Shown here: piece after piece, positions 31,716-44,986 of the stretch
How positions within the stretch are numbered: the stretch's first letter is position 1
Layout of the letters: every line of letters begins with the position of its first letter
Origin: the human T2T-CHM13v2.0 reference genome, Homo sapiens
Assembly (NCBI RefSeq): GCF_009914755.1
Contig: NC_060925.1
DNA length: 64,000 nt
Reading direction: 5' to 3' (one strand)
The notes under the pieces: model-generated
The model's input: only the letters and a program-made list of their open reading frames with translations
Databases searched by the model: none
What the model was told of the DNA's origin: nothing
Program-made: the position numbers and the translations under genes

Positions 31716-33894
31716 CCACCATGTCGGCCATAAACATTTTCCCCATTTTGTAAGTAATGATGAAAATATCTAATACTTACTGAACATAGGCACTATTTCA
31801 ATGGCTTTATGAGCATTATTGCATTAAATCCTTTAAGTAAAATTACCAAAAACTTGGAAGTAAGGTAAAAAGGCTACATCATGACCTTTTGAAGACGTAC
31901 AGAGCAACGTCCAACAAACTTGCATAAGGGTCATATGATTCTCTAACTTTTAGAAAATCAAACGTTACGAATGATTTTTGCAAATTATTTTTGTCTGATA
32001 GGAAAGATAATCCTAATGATCATAGTGCTTTTACTTAGGACATTAACCAGTTTTCTGTCAAAATGTTCCAATCTTATTCTGGTGCTTCTATTTTCCAAGT
32101 TTCTTGTATCTTCCTTTACACCAGTTTTATCATCCTCCTGGTTCCATCATTAATAATTCAAATTAATCCTTGATACATTTTGTACCTTATATTTGCATAA
32201 TTATGTATTTCACTTATTGAAAATTATGTAGTTTGATATTATAATACTTGCAATGATCCTCTGAGGTGGTTGCTATAGTCATCATTCCTGTACAAAAGTT
32301 GAGGAAACAGACACAGAGGCGTTCCTTACTTGCACAAGAACATATGAACAGTAAATAATAGAGTCAGAATGCAGAGCTAGGCTGTTTGATATCAAAGCTT
32401 ACATGTTTAACTTCTGAGTTGTCTTCTAAGAAGGCCAAGACAAAGAGTTAACCAACTTTACCAATAAGCTGTGTTCTAGTAGGTGTGAGAGCTTGATTAT
32501 TCTGGCTCTGATTCCACAGGCTTAATGTCTATGTTTTACTATATATGACATGTAGGCATTGAACACAGTCTAGGGAAGTAATTCATGGAGGAGAGGAAGG
32601 GAATTTAAAAACATCTTAATTCTTATCCATTTTGCTAACTTCATTAGGGATACATCACAAGAAACCAAAGCCAAATTAAGAAAACAAAACAAAAGAACAG
32701 TCCAGAAACCTAAAAAAGTGACAGAGTAATTTCCTACACCAGTATTTTTTTTTTTTTTTTTGCCGAGTCAAAAAATGAATTTGCTAATTGCCAGGGTTCC
32801 AAAGTCTTCGTTTTGCATTTATTCTAATTTGCATTTCAATGCCATTAGGGAAGATTTCTGGAAAGAAATTTAGGCGATGAGTCTACTGCTGGTGCATATG
32901 CCAGAGAGAAAGCCAAGTTTACTATTTACCAAGTGAAACAATATGAGAAGTAACTTATGGCACTTACCAAATACAGATTGCCAGGTAGTCAGGAAAACAT
33001 GTGCCTTTTGTTAGCACTTCTGATAAGTCCCTCATTTGGGGGTTCCTTGGGAAACCTGTGGGACAGAACCCTTCCCACCTACATGTGCTCTTCCCATGCT
33101 CTATATGACCTAGAGAGATAGAACGCATCTTCATCCAAGAGTTCTAATGTAAATGCACACAGGGAGGTAAGTACAGTGTGAGGATCAGGGGAGGACTGTG
33201 GCCTCGCTCTGACCAAAGGTGGTGGTCATTCCTTCACTCAGCTGATTGCTGTCACATGCTACATGCTGACAGGCTTAATGTGACATCATCCCACTTACAA
33301 AAAAATAAAAAGCCCCGCAAACTCAGAGTTTTATGTAAAAACTCCTGCTTTTAAATGTTGGCAATTATTTCAGTATTTAAACACTGTGCTGAATAAAAAA
33401 AACATCTGAAATCCAAATTTAGCCCACAGGCTACTGGTCTGCAATTTCTGATTTAAGTAGACCTATTACGGGAAAATCTAGATTTATTCACAAGTTAAAA
33501 TAGGGCATAATTATTGTTTAAAAAGATTTATCATAGGTTCCTTTAAGAAGCAAGTTCTTTTCCATGTTTAAAATGTTACTAGGTTCAGGGAAACTTAATT
33601 TTAGACTCATTTTGAGTAATACATCAATTACGTAGAATGCCTTATTTGCAGAGACTACCTAATCTTGCTTGGTCCTATCCTAGCTCTTTGAATTCAGAAC
33701 AATTCTAATTAAACTTAACACTTCACTCATTCAACGTGTAAAGTAACTACCACATAAGAAATTTGCAAGGTGTAGAAAATACCAAGGTAGGTAAGACTTG
33801 GTCTGGAAGAGCCCTATTCACAGCAGCATAGTATATATAGTGGGAAGAATGTGAGTGACTTTGGAACTGACAGACTGAGTCCTGGATCTGATTT

Positions 33895-34192
33895 TTTCTT
33901 GTTGTTTGAGGCAGGGTCTTGCTTTGTTGCCCAGGCTGCAGTGCAGTGGCACAAACATGGCTCATTGCAGCTGTGACCTCCTGGGCTCAAGCGATCCTAC
34001 CTTCTGCCTCAGCTCCCTAAGTAGCTGGGACTGCAGGCGCACACTACCACGCCCAGCTAATTTTTGTGTTGTTTGTAGAGATGAGATTTCATCATGTTGC
34101 CCAGGCTGGTCTTGAACTCCTGAGCTAAAGTGATCTGCCTGCCTTGGTTCCCAAAGTGCTGGGATTACAGGTGTGAGCCACCACACCTGGCC
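33895..34192 (-). mobile_element. AluJ-like element inserted in a MIR (about 33860-34350)
   Basis: Antisense Alu dimer; TSD ctgatt. Confidence 0.92.
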
Positions 34193-34379
34193 TCTGATTG
34201 TTATTAGTTCTATTATCTATTATTTGCTGTATATTTCTTACTTTTAGTTTCCTTATCTGGAAAATGTGAGAAAAAACATCACCATTCTAAGAAGATTTTA
34301 TTACATATACGTGAAAGCACTAGGCAAATAGTAAGTGCTTAATAGTTAACTGAATTGAATCTTTGTGAAAATTTTTCCC

Positions 34380-34945
34380 ACTCTGTTTTTATGAAGTAAA
34401 AATTTTTGTTGCAAGTGACATAAACCCAACTCAAACTGGTTAGGCAAAAAGGTGATTTTTTTTGGGAGAATATAAAAATAATCTATGTAAGCAAAAGAAG
34501 AGTCGAATAATCAAACAACGGAGGGGCAGGGATGCCTCAGGCGGGAAACAGAACCTGGACTGCCATCGGCATCTCTCTCTCTCTTTCCTCTCTGTATTCT
34601 CTTTTATTGCAGTTCAGCTTTCTCCACAAAGCAGTGCAGATGCCATGGATAGTGCCCAGCCCTCACACTTCATAGCTTTTACCTCCAGAAAATAATCACC
34701 ACTATTATTTTAGCGCCAGTTTGAAGAGTGACAGGGAAGGACCCTGACAGGGTTGGCTTGGACCAGCACTCACTTCTAAAATAAATCACTAGGGACCCTG
34801 AAGTTAGGTTATGGGAACATATGAAAATTTAAAATTCCCTATAAGCACATGAGTGCCTGGAAAAGAAAGTTTCAAGGAGAAGAGGATAGGCTGGTACCAT
34901 GAGAAGGGAAGGCTGTTGGACAGACACAACAGACTTTAACCACAC
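34380..34945 (-). mobile_element. Old MaLR/ERVL LTR (MLT1/LTR33-like)
   Basis: ttgttgcaagtgacataaacccaactcaaactgg motif; strand assignment tentative. Confidence 0.5.
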
Positions 34946-35220
34946 AGTCTTCACCCTCCTGCTTCTTTTTGTATGCATCTAAAACATCTGAAATGAGAGT
35001 AATTATCAAACACATTCCGACAATTATCTAATTACTTTATGCTTATAGCACCTCCACAAGGGGCAGGATAAGTATTTCCATCCCTTTTTATACATCATGA
35101 AATAATTTCAATCAGCATATGGAATTGAACCAAGAGCCAAGTCTACCAAGCAATATATTTTTTATGTTGAATCATTATATGCTGAGGCTAATTTGCTTTT
35201 TCCACTTGATTCATAATTCC

Positions 35221-35748
35221 TATTGGGGAGGAAAAACTTCTCTACCCTTTTAGGTTCAATGACTAATGACTAGGGGCCTTCAAATTAGACTGACAAAAGA
35301 CAGATTAATAGGAGAAAAAGCACATAATTTTCATTAATGTTTACATGCACAGGAGTTCACAGAAAAAAGTGAGACTCAAAGAAGTAGTTAGAATCAGGGA
35401 TTTAGAGACAATTTTAACAAAGGAAAGGGAGTTTGGACTTTGAGGGACAATAAATCATGGGGAAGTGACTTAGGAAATAAATTAGGGAATGAATGTAAGG
35501 GTTATTTTAGTAAACCTGTTTATGCAAACTCATCTTGGTGTCAACTCTCTGTCTCCAGTGATAAGAGTCCCTCCTCTTCTTTTCCTGGTACAGGGGGAAA
35601 CCTTCACAGAATAAATTTATGCCTTGCTTTTAAGCAGATAAGCACAGAAATCTCTTTCTGCATTTGTAGGTTCTTAGTTGCCTTCATCTCAAAACTATCC
35701 CTTTTCCAAAGTAGCATATGCAGGGGTGGCATATCCTGATCCCTTTCA
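35221..35748 (-). mobile_element. MER34-group ERV1 LTR, antisense
   Basis: Its ends mirror the LTR at 28630 (ggggtggcatatcctgatccctttca). Confidence 0.6.
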
Positions 35749-35954
35749 TTCCTTTAAGGACTAGAAGCTGCTTGGCTCTAAACCATGTTCCCATGAGAAC
35801 GGGGCACAGAACTAGGTTGCATGTGTGGCAGAGTGACCGAAGCTGTCAACAGATAATTCCATGGATGTTTTCTTTACCTCAAAAAGAATCTGCAGGCTCA
35901 GAATGATCTGGAGATTCACCATGTGGTGCCCCATTAATCCAGAACACCCAGGAG

Positions 35955-37620
35955 TCCCCATGGCAGGAATATTATGCTATCACTGTTGCTAACTATGCAC
36001 AGGAAAAGTATCCCATGGGATGCCGCTTCCAGTTTTACTAAGGTATAATTAACATACTGAAAACTGTGTATATATGGAATGTACAGTTTCATAAATTTTG
36101 CCATTTTAAATACTTGTGACGGCATCACTACTATCAAGATAACGAACATATGTGTCACCCCCTAAAGTTTCTTCATCCCTCTTTGCGATCCCCTCCCTTG
36201 TGCCTTTCTCCCCATCTTTATCTCCAAGCATGCGCAGATCTGCTTCTGTCACTATGCATTAGTTTGCATTTTCTAGAATTTCATACAAATGAAATCATGT
36301 AGTATGTACTTCTTTTTTTCCTGGCTACTATCACTCGGTATAGTTATTTTGAGATCCATCCATGTGGTTGTGTGTATTAATGACTTCTTCCTTTTTATTG
36401 CTTGATAGGGTAGTGTTTCATTGTATGGATACGCCACAATTTGTTCATCTATTCACCTGTTGGTAGACATTTGCGTTGTTTCCAGTTTAGAGCTAGTGCA
36501 AATTCAGCTGATATGAATAGTGAGCAAGTTGTTGTATGGACATGTGCTTTTGTTTGGAGTAATACCTCGGAGTGGAATAGCTGGATCACATGGCAGGCAT
36601 GTGTTCAACTTTTTAAGAAACTAAGTTTTCCACAGCCATTATATTATTTTACATTCCTACCAGCAATGGATTAGAGTTTCAGTTCCTTCATATTTTTGCC
36701 AACACTTGGTATTCTGTCTTTTGAAGTTTAGCCATTCTAAAAGATGTGTAGTAATATTTTATTGTAGTTTTAATTTGCATTTCCCTCACGACTAATGATA
36801 CTGAACATCTTTTCATGTGCTTAAATGCCATTTGTGTATCTTTTTTGAAGTGTCTGTGCAAATATTTTGCTCATTTAAAAACTTGGTTACTTCTTGAGTT
36901 TTGAGATTTATATATTCTAAATGTAAGTTATTTATCAGATATAGGCTTTGCAAATATAGTTTCCCAATGTGTGGCTTTTTATTGCCTTAATAGTGTCTTT
37001 CAAAAAGCAGAATTCTGCTGCAAGTAATCACTGAGAAGCCCATCTCAATATGCTGGGATGTGTAATGCTAGTTTCTAGGAGGGGTAGAACAAGAGCTCTG
37101 TTACTGGTACCCTTGTATAATCCAGGAAGTTAGGTGGTATTAGCACATGTGGCACCACACTTACCATGTAGCCAGGACATGGGAGTTATGTCCTGTGCCA
37201 CGTCACGGGATCATTAGGTAGTATTTTCATCAAACTCCTGACACCACCACCAGGCAGCAGGCCCCCCTTTAGTGTGCACCCAGATGCTTGGCAGGTTGGC
37301 AGGTACAGTGACTGCCTCACTGTGTTACAATCAATCACTCCTAGCATCCTCTGGAGCCCTGAGGCAAACTTGAAAGCTAGGTGCACTTTCAGCATCTGCA
37401 GCACCTCGCAGTTCATTGCAGTTTCCTATGTGGTGTACAGCTGCAAATCAGCATCATCATCTTCAGCATGCCAACAAGCCTGCATCAAATGACAAGTAGA
37501 AGGCATGGAGGCAAATGCTCTCCAGCTGTGTTCTTCTTGCAGGACTGCTAAGTCCTGAGATTCCTCCAAAGGTCTTAGTGTGGCAGGAGTAGTATTGTAT
37601 GACAGTCCATAGAGGGAATA
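35955..37620 (-). pseudogene. Decayed PIF/Harbinger DDE transposase (HARBI1-like), interrupted by L1M at 36030-37010
   Basis: Ordered minus-strand motifs: TQLESICLHAFYLSF; LQMLK..FKFASGLQRMLGVIDC (GVIDC 37341-37327); AVTVPANLPSIWVHTKG (37315-37265); QEFD; then in one frame GTGHNSHVL (37199-37173)..SWIIQGY..TP..N*HYTSQHIEMGFSVITCSR (to 37014); past the L1, GSG..HNI (35976-35968). These parallel HARBI1 GVVDC, AIKAPNAEDLSYVNRKG, GSLQDCAVL, SWLLGD, IEKTFRTLCSR and LHNI as remembered. First D to second D-equivalent is 145 nt versus about 150 expected. Confidence 0.75.
36030..37010 (-). mobile_element. Old L1M (L1ME/MD-like) 3' end
   Basis: Antisense L1M 3'UTR and ORF2 end (gtagttttaatttgcatttccct, ttttcatgtgctt). 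Confidence 0.85.
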
Positions 37621-38204
37621 TGGATCCCATTCCAGAGCCATCTACAATATACTTGATTATCTGGAAATGCCCAGGGGCATGGTTAGGTTGATTTTTCCCC
37701 AGACCGCCATCCATCACATAGGCCCATCATCCTTCCTGGGTTAGAGAGCTGATGACTGACTAAGCAACATTGCCCACAGCCAGGGGCTGCCTCCATTACA
37801 AGTGGCCATGTCAAATATATGATGGAAATTATTTGATAAAAAGGGAGTAGGAAGAGAAAAAGTAATGCTCATATTTCTGACAGGTTAAAATAGCTACAGT
37901 GAAACAGGGTGCCCTTTAGTGCAAGTAAATGATTCTTTTTCTGTCCAGAAATAGTCTTGGAGCCCAAAAAAAGTGCTAGCGAGGTCATGCTGTATCTGGT
38001 AAGCATCTTCCTAATTGCTGAGGCTTTCACCAAAATATTTAACTGAATTTGAGGAGGAGGAGCGTCAATTTTTTAGAAGAAATAATATAGGCTCTGAAAT
38101 AATCCTTGACAAGAATCCATGATAAGAAGTCTCAGACAATAATTTGGGGAATGTGTGGCTAAGGAGTCTAAGAAAGTTGCCCTGAGGTGGAGGAAGGCAG
38201 GTCT

Positions 38205-38332
38205 TCACACACTTGGAGGACTATGGGTGAGGTGCCCAGCCAGGTTTCCAATCATGGGGATACAGACCTCCCAGATACTCTGGAAGACAGACTTAGAGAC
38301 CCTGATGGCAAAGTCACCTTCAAAAAAGAACC
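38205..38332 (-). pseudogene. Exon-like remnant resembling the Harbinger transposase HTH segment
   Basis: Polypyrimidine tract and AG at 38334-38333, then GFFFEGDFAIRVSKSVFQSIWEVCIPMIGNLAGHL, similar to the Harbinger G/RVSKSTV..IVxEVCxAI..L motif. Confidence 0.45.
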
Positions 38333-40049
38333 CTGGGGGAAAGGAAGGAAATAACCACTGATTGAAGAGATACTGGTATCAGACAATGAGCACTAGGATA
38401 CACCTAGGCTATAATTATCCTGTACACAATTAGAGAGTATCTTACTGCATCCACACAATAATACTGTGAAGTATTATTTCTCTCACTTTTAGATTGATGC
38501 TCAGAGTAGCTTCTCTAATTCATTCACTTATCCTAGCATTTACTGTACAGCGTTTACTGTGCAGTGTGTCAGCATTCTGACAGTCCCTGGGGCTACAAAG
38601 ATGAATGAGACAAAGACCCTGACTTTGAGGAGCTCATGATCAAATCAGCCTAATTCATGGGACAGATATGTCAACAGAAAAATGACTGTACAGTGCTCTG
38701 TAATATGTTGTTTTATTTCAACTGTGCCATTCAAGCTGAGAGGCAGGGCAATATTAGAGCAGAAGTAAGGCTAGAAGGACAGCAAATTTGGTCTGAGCCA
38801 GTTATGGAAGGCTTCTCTTAGGAACTGACCTGAATCACATTCTCAAGGGCAAAGGAATTAGCTGGACAAAGAAGGGAGGAAGAAGGCTTTCCAGAGTCCT
38901 TAGCTACTATATCTCAGAATGGATTTTGAGCCTGGTTCTTGTCCATTTTCAAAATGGACTCCCACAGCTACCGGGGCCCCAGCCTTGAAGATTTCTGAGC
39001 TCCCAGAACTGGGCTAACTCTGAGGGAGGTGAAGTGTCCCTAGTCAGGTCCCAGGGGGTGAGATGAGCTTCAACAATCTTACTTTGACAATAATCCTAAA
39101 GTAGTAGACCTTGATTTAACCTATAGCTTCTGAGACCTGTGGGGCATACCCTGAGCATTCCTGAAATTGAGACAAATAACTGATTATTTCCACCTTTCAT
39201 GTGAGGTCCAAGAACAGTTTACCCTTCACAAAATCAAGTGAGTTACTTCTTAGCATCTTAGCACCTTCTAGTTTTCTTAGTGGTTAATAAGAGCTAATAT
39301 TTATTGAATGCTTACTAAGTAAGCACTAAGCATTGTTCTTAATATTTGCATATATAAATGCATTCAATATTCAATATAATAAGTAGATAATTAAATATAT
39401 TTTCCATTTACTAGATGAGGAAAATGAGGAACCGAGAAGCCAGACTGATCTAGTATGAATCAGGTCCTGAGGAATGGGAGCCCACATTTTCAGACTCAGC
39501 ACCAGATTTATTAAGTTACGAGAAGCTCTAGAAACCAACTCTCAGCGGGGGAAACCTATTAGTACATCATTTGAATCAGAGCTATGTACCAAGTTGGGAC
39601 AAAGACTCACATTTTTCAAATTTTTGTGTGTGTGGGACTCCTACAATCCCAAGTGCCAAGTAGCTAGAAACAGCAACACAGAGAGACAGTGGGCAAAGAA
39701 GAGGGTAGCATTTCATTTCCACATGACTCAGATGCTAATGCATTATGTCTTGTTAATAATAGCACTTACTACACTCTTACCTGCCCTTGGCCCTCAAGAG
39801 AAACTGAGAAGGCTCCTAGTAGTCTAATCTCACTCTCTTTCCACATGTACCTTGCCAGCTGCATGCTAGTCCTTTGGGACACTTTCCCCCGTTTTCACAC
39901 CTCCAAAGTTCCCCTTGATAGTCACTGAACTCGGATTTCACAAAGAACAATTTGCTTAAGTTTCCAAAATTGCCCCAAGGAGGGCTTTGCTATGGCAGTT
40001 GTTTTGTACTAATTGGATGACCTGTCCTTGGCACACTTCCTTTAGCATA

Positions 40050-40423
40050 TAATATGGTTTGGCTCTGTGTCCCTATCCAAGTCTCAAGTCAAACTGTAAT
40101 CCCCACATGTTGGAGGAGGGGCCTGGTGGGAAATAATTGAATCATGGGGGCAGATTTCCCCCTTGCACTTCTCATAATGAATGAGTTCTGAGATCTGGTT
40201 GTTCAAAAGTGTGTAGCACTTCCTCCTTCTCTCTCTCCTGCCACCATGTGAAGACGTGCTTGCTTCCCCTTCACCCTTCCACCATAACTGTACGATTCCT
40301 GAGACCTCCCCAGCCATGCCTCCTGTACAGCCTGTGGAACTGTGAGTCAATTAAACCCCTTTTCTTTATAAATTAACCAGTCTCAGGTAGTTCTTTATAG
40401 CAGTGTGAGAACAGACGAATACA
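40050..40423 (+). mobile_element. MSTA-like MaLR solo LTR
   Basis: atatggtttggctctgtgtccc...cagacgaataca; g(c/t)ata TSD. Confidence 0.88.
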
Positions 40424-40749
40424 GTATAATTCAGCCACATTTATCAATGATTCCTTGACACATGCGGTTTACCATTGACTTACTGACTTCTACCTGGAAA
40501 GAAGCAACAAAGGCTTCTGCCAGAGAGGGCAGTGTTCTGCTAGGTAAACATCCATAGACCAAGTTTTCAATGTTGGGATCCTTCTTACAGTTTAAAACTC
40601 ATGGATCTCCAAGGCAATTCTCAACACAACCCCTCCACCCCAAATCCCCCAACCCATAGAGCAAGAGTGTCATTTCCTTCCTAGTTGCTTTTGGCTTGAC
40701 TCCTTTTTTTTCTTTTTCCAGACTCGGGAAAGTTTTTAAGAAAGAAGTT

Positions 40750-41262
40750 ATTATAATTATTATTCTGGTATTGCAAGGCCAATAGATTGGGAGACAACTA
40801 CCACTGAAAAGAGAACTTGTTACAGTAACATACTGCAAAAGGAGGGGCAGCGCAAGAATGTACCAGGGTCAGTAGAGAGACAGAAAAAATGGAATGAAAA
40901 CATGGGAAATGCTTTTATTGTAATTTCTCTGGGAAGAAACGGCCAAGGCAGGGTAAGCAGCCTTAGAATGGGCTAGTTTGAATAATTTTAGTGGTTTCTA
41001 GGGATGTTCCTAGTTTTCTGGCTTCTGGTCCTGGGGTGAGTAGGGCAGGGGAATGGTGGCATTGCATGTGAGAACTGCACAGAGGAGATAGTTGGGGATG
41101 TGGGCTCTGGATTGGATGGTTTGCATGTAAAACACAGGCTTGCAGCCCAGTCCTTTACCATCTTTAGGAATTGGCTAACCCTGGGAGGGGCAGTCCCTAC
41201 AGGATGAGGAAAGCCCTAGATTTCAAAGCATCAAATATGAGAACTAGAAAATGTAATTATTA
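40750..41262. mobile_element. ERVL-type LTR (MER21/MER77-like)
   Basis: ggccaaggcagggtaagcagccttagaatgggctagtttgaataatttt motif. Confidence 0.5.
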
Positions 41263-42434
41263 TAGAAGAGAGCTGCTAGATTCTTCTCTGCTGAGGAGGT
41301 ATGTCTCTCTCCAAGGTCCTGCCTTAAGCATTTTTTTTTTTTTCAGAGTGAGGTGCTCTGACTCATCCTGGAAATGCTCCATTTTCTCTGATTTGCATCT
41401 AAAAATTAAAATATTCAAATTCAGCAGTGGATCTGGAATTCACACATCTTTGTATGTGAGGCTAGTTTCCCTGGATTGAACATGACTTCCTCTTTCGAAG
41501 AAGGATTTCTAAGTCTCTAAGTCTCTGCTGAAGGTGGGGTTATGGATCCCCAGGTCATGTGTGAATAGCCAATTGTTTCTTGTGGGTCAACTGCTGAGAA
41601 ATCAATCAACCAACAGCAGCCAGATCAAGCCAGTCATCTTAATAGTTACAACAATTAGGCTTGGGCTAGGTATTCTCTATACTAGTACCTTTCAGCCCCA
41701 GCTGCAAAATAGAATCACCAGAGGAGCTTTAAAAACATATCAGTTACTGGGGCTGGCAGCAGACCAGTTGAAGCAGAATCTTTGAAGGTGTGATCTGGGT
41801 AACAATATTTTTCAGAAGTTCTCCATTAAATTCTAAAGTTCAGCCAGGGATAAGAACTACTGTTCCATACTGACTGAATTATTAAACAATTTGACAATGG
41901 GTCATTAGAATAGCTGGTTAATAGCCAATAGATAATGTAAAATTAAAACTCTGGGTTAATTTGGAACCATCTTGATTTTTAGAACAGAGAGTTCTTGCCA
42001 TAGAAGAGCTGGGTCTGAGGCACTCAGTGTCTGTTGCTTCCTGCTTCAGACTTCAAAACTGCCTGCCTTCTCCCTTACACTGCCTGTATGGGTAACTCCA
42101 CTGGACTTAGAATATCCTCTATTCCCCTTACTCTGTGAAAATAAAAGATCGTCGGAGGCTATGATAGGTTCCAAGAGGCATGTTTTCACTTCCAGTTGCC
42201 ATTCTGGTGGCAAATTGGATACTCTTCAGCCATGAGACATGGCTCAGCTTCTGACAGAATTTAGTGGAATGCCAGGAAGGAATTGAGGTATCTGACTTTG
42301 GGCCAGGATGCCTGTTCTCTGTAAGCCTTCCAGATCCCTAGCCAAGCTTCTCGTACTCTAATTATTGAGATAAGCAGCAGCAGACCATTCACTCAAATCA
42401 GCCGAGACCTGCTGCTGTTCCTATTTTCATAGGC

Positions 42435-42775
42435 ACCAGGAAGAGAAGCTGATGTTCCTAAAGAATCCTCAAGTTTTCCATAAAGTCCTGGGGAGGGTAG
42501 GATAGTCCCCAGAGAATGCCACACCCAATTGCAGAGGTGCCTTGGTAAACCTTCTTCCAGAATTTTCTGTTTCAGAAATGTCATTAAAGAGTTTGAAACT
42601 CTATTTTGGCTGTACTTTTGGAGGCTGATCATGGAAAACCTCTCCTGTCTACCTCAGCCTTCTTCTGCTTTTTAAGCATGTGAAATGATCATATTATTGG
42701 GAAAACAGAAGTATCCAGGAACAAATTAAATGAGCTTTGTCAAGGTCACTGAGAGAACATCTTCAGATTCTCTTA
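42435..42775 (-). pseudogene. Decayed Myb/SANT-like domain (copy 4)
   Basis: EVDRRGFP*SASKSTAKIEFQTL (from about 42655) and LYGKLEDSLG (to 42456) resemble RGFxRTxEQCRxKFKxL and FYxELDxxLG. Confidence 0.4.
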
Positions 42776-44986
42776 TTTAAGATGTCATGTGTATTGGTAA
42801 GTCATCTTAATGATCATGGACCCAAAAAATACACAGGTTCTGAGAATCTGTAAAATAATGATGGTAGTAGCAGTAGAATCTCTCAGCACATTATAATTTA
42901 TAAAGCATTTTTCATAGCATTGTTAACAATAGCTAAAATTTAACGAGCACTTCTCGTGTGCCAGATTTTGAGTGATTCAGATGTATTTTCACCTTTAATT
43001 TTCACAAACTCCTTTGGAAGTAGGGGCTACTATCCAAATTTGAGAGAAATAAAAAAGGAAGGAAGAAAGAAAGAAAAAAGAAGGAGAAAAATTGAAGAGA
43101 GGTTAATAACTGGCCAACATTTTCACACTGTTAAAAGATGGTGCTGGGTCTCTAAGTTGAGTGTGTCTGACTCCAGGGCTGGTGCTGTTAACCACCCAAA
43201 TGCCTACAGGGGCTAGGCAGGTGAGTAAAAAGGGAGACCAGGTATAAAATAACACTCTCTTTTACTGGATTTTCCTGTTCTTCCACATCTCTAAATGTAG
43301 AAGAGAGACTCTGGTCCTTGGGTCTCTTCTATACCCATCTTTACTCCCTGAATGACATCATCCAGTTCCGTCTATCTATCAAGGACTCCCAAATTTTTAC
43401 CTCAGAATCCAGCCTCTTCCACACATCCAGACCCATGTATCCAATGCTTATTGTTACTTTCACACTTGAATGTCTAATAGACATCTCAAAGCTAACACGC
43501 GTAAAACCAAACTCTCAAGTTATATCCCTGGAGACCAATCTTCACTACCTCAATGTTTCCTGGTTCAAGAAATAGTCCTGCGATTGACACATGTGCTTAT
43601 GACAACTCTTGGAGTCATCCTTGTTGCCCTTCTTATTCTTACACCTCATAACTAATCCTCTTTTCATTTTATTTATTCATTTTACCCACAGAGAATATAC
43701 CAACTATTCTCTCTCTCTACCCTGCCTTCACTGTTATCATAATTTAAGCCACCATTATCTCTGGCCTGGCCCTTGCCTTTCAATGGTTCTCCCTGTCTCC
43801 TTGCCTGTAGTCTCTCCTTTGTCCTCATAACAATTAATGATGAGGACAAACATCAGCTGGGTAAAAAAGAAACTATCAGTATGTGGAAGGACTGACAACT
43901 TAAGTATTGTCAGGCCTCCCTAGCCTCCATCTGGTACAGTTTAGAAACTGCACAAACCCCCTCACTTCATGACATTGCTCCCACAATGACCACAGCCAAT
44001 GGGCTTTTGCATTGGGTTCCAAATCACTCGTCTGACAACCATGACCTAGAATCAATGCTCACCACAGGTCTGCTTGGTTGTTCCTCTGTACCATTTCCCC
44101 AAGATTCCCCCCTTCTAATAATGGGGTTCTTGAGGTCTACTCCATCTCTGTCCTTGCCCTCTATGCTGTATGCTTAGTTTGGATGACTGAGTTTATGCTT
44201 CAGCCCTGACCCCAACCTTCCTGTTCCAGCAAGTGGTCTCTCCCTGACCCTCCTATGAGCATCAGGCCCTGTCTTGCCCTTGCAAACCCCTCCTTGGGAT
44301 TCAAGACCCCGCATCAACACCAGCACTATGCTGACAGTGGTTGCTTTGCAAATGGTACTCTCAAGCCTGACCCTCAAGGCCAAGCCCAGGCTGGTGCTGA
44401 GGCAGGCTTCCTTGGCAGCAACATAATAACTGTGCCGATTTATAGAGGGCCTGTCTGCTGAGTCTGGGATGCTGTACATAATAATGAAAACTCAGTCATC
44501 CTGGGGGATGGAGGTAACCAGGTCCCTTACCAATTCAGGCCAAAGTGCTCAGAGGGGCCCAGCTGAGCAGCCAGGAGAACAAAGTTATAGACTAAATAAA
44601 TTTAACCTAGGCCCAAGAGCCAGAAATTGATGATGAATGAAACACCCTCCGGAAGTAACCAAAAGGATCAGAGCCTGAGACCTTTGTCGTCAGGGCACCT
44701 GTGGCTTGAGCTCTCAAAACACTTTGAAGAGAGGGAGTTACTTCTCAAGGAAGCACTAAAGGCCTAGCTGAGCATGTTTCTCCTGTGAGGCCAGTGTATT
44801 CTGCAGAGGAAAGGTTACCTGGGACCTAGAACAGACTCCTTTCAGATCCAGAGAAAAAAGAGCTGCTCTGCTAGATTGGGGCTGGGCTCAGAGCTCAGCT
44901 CCTCCACCCCCAGCTCTGTGGCCCAGCATCTCCATGTACACCACCTCCTTTGACCTTCTCAAGACTCTGTGGGCCAGGTAAGGCTG

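Noticed and set aside
37159-37165. Minus-strand GTAAGT as an intron donor within the transposase
   Set aside because: Harbinger motifs continue in frame straight through it with the expected spacing, so it is probably incidental.
37420-37720. Fleeting resemblance to ENTPD apyrase or ADP-ribosyltransferase motifs
   Set aside because: Single weak motifs with no ordered support; the Harbinger reading explains the region much better.
44174-44479. 101-aa ORF and an SRQALYK motif in another frame
   Set aside because: Too little similarity to KRAB or any other family.
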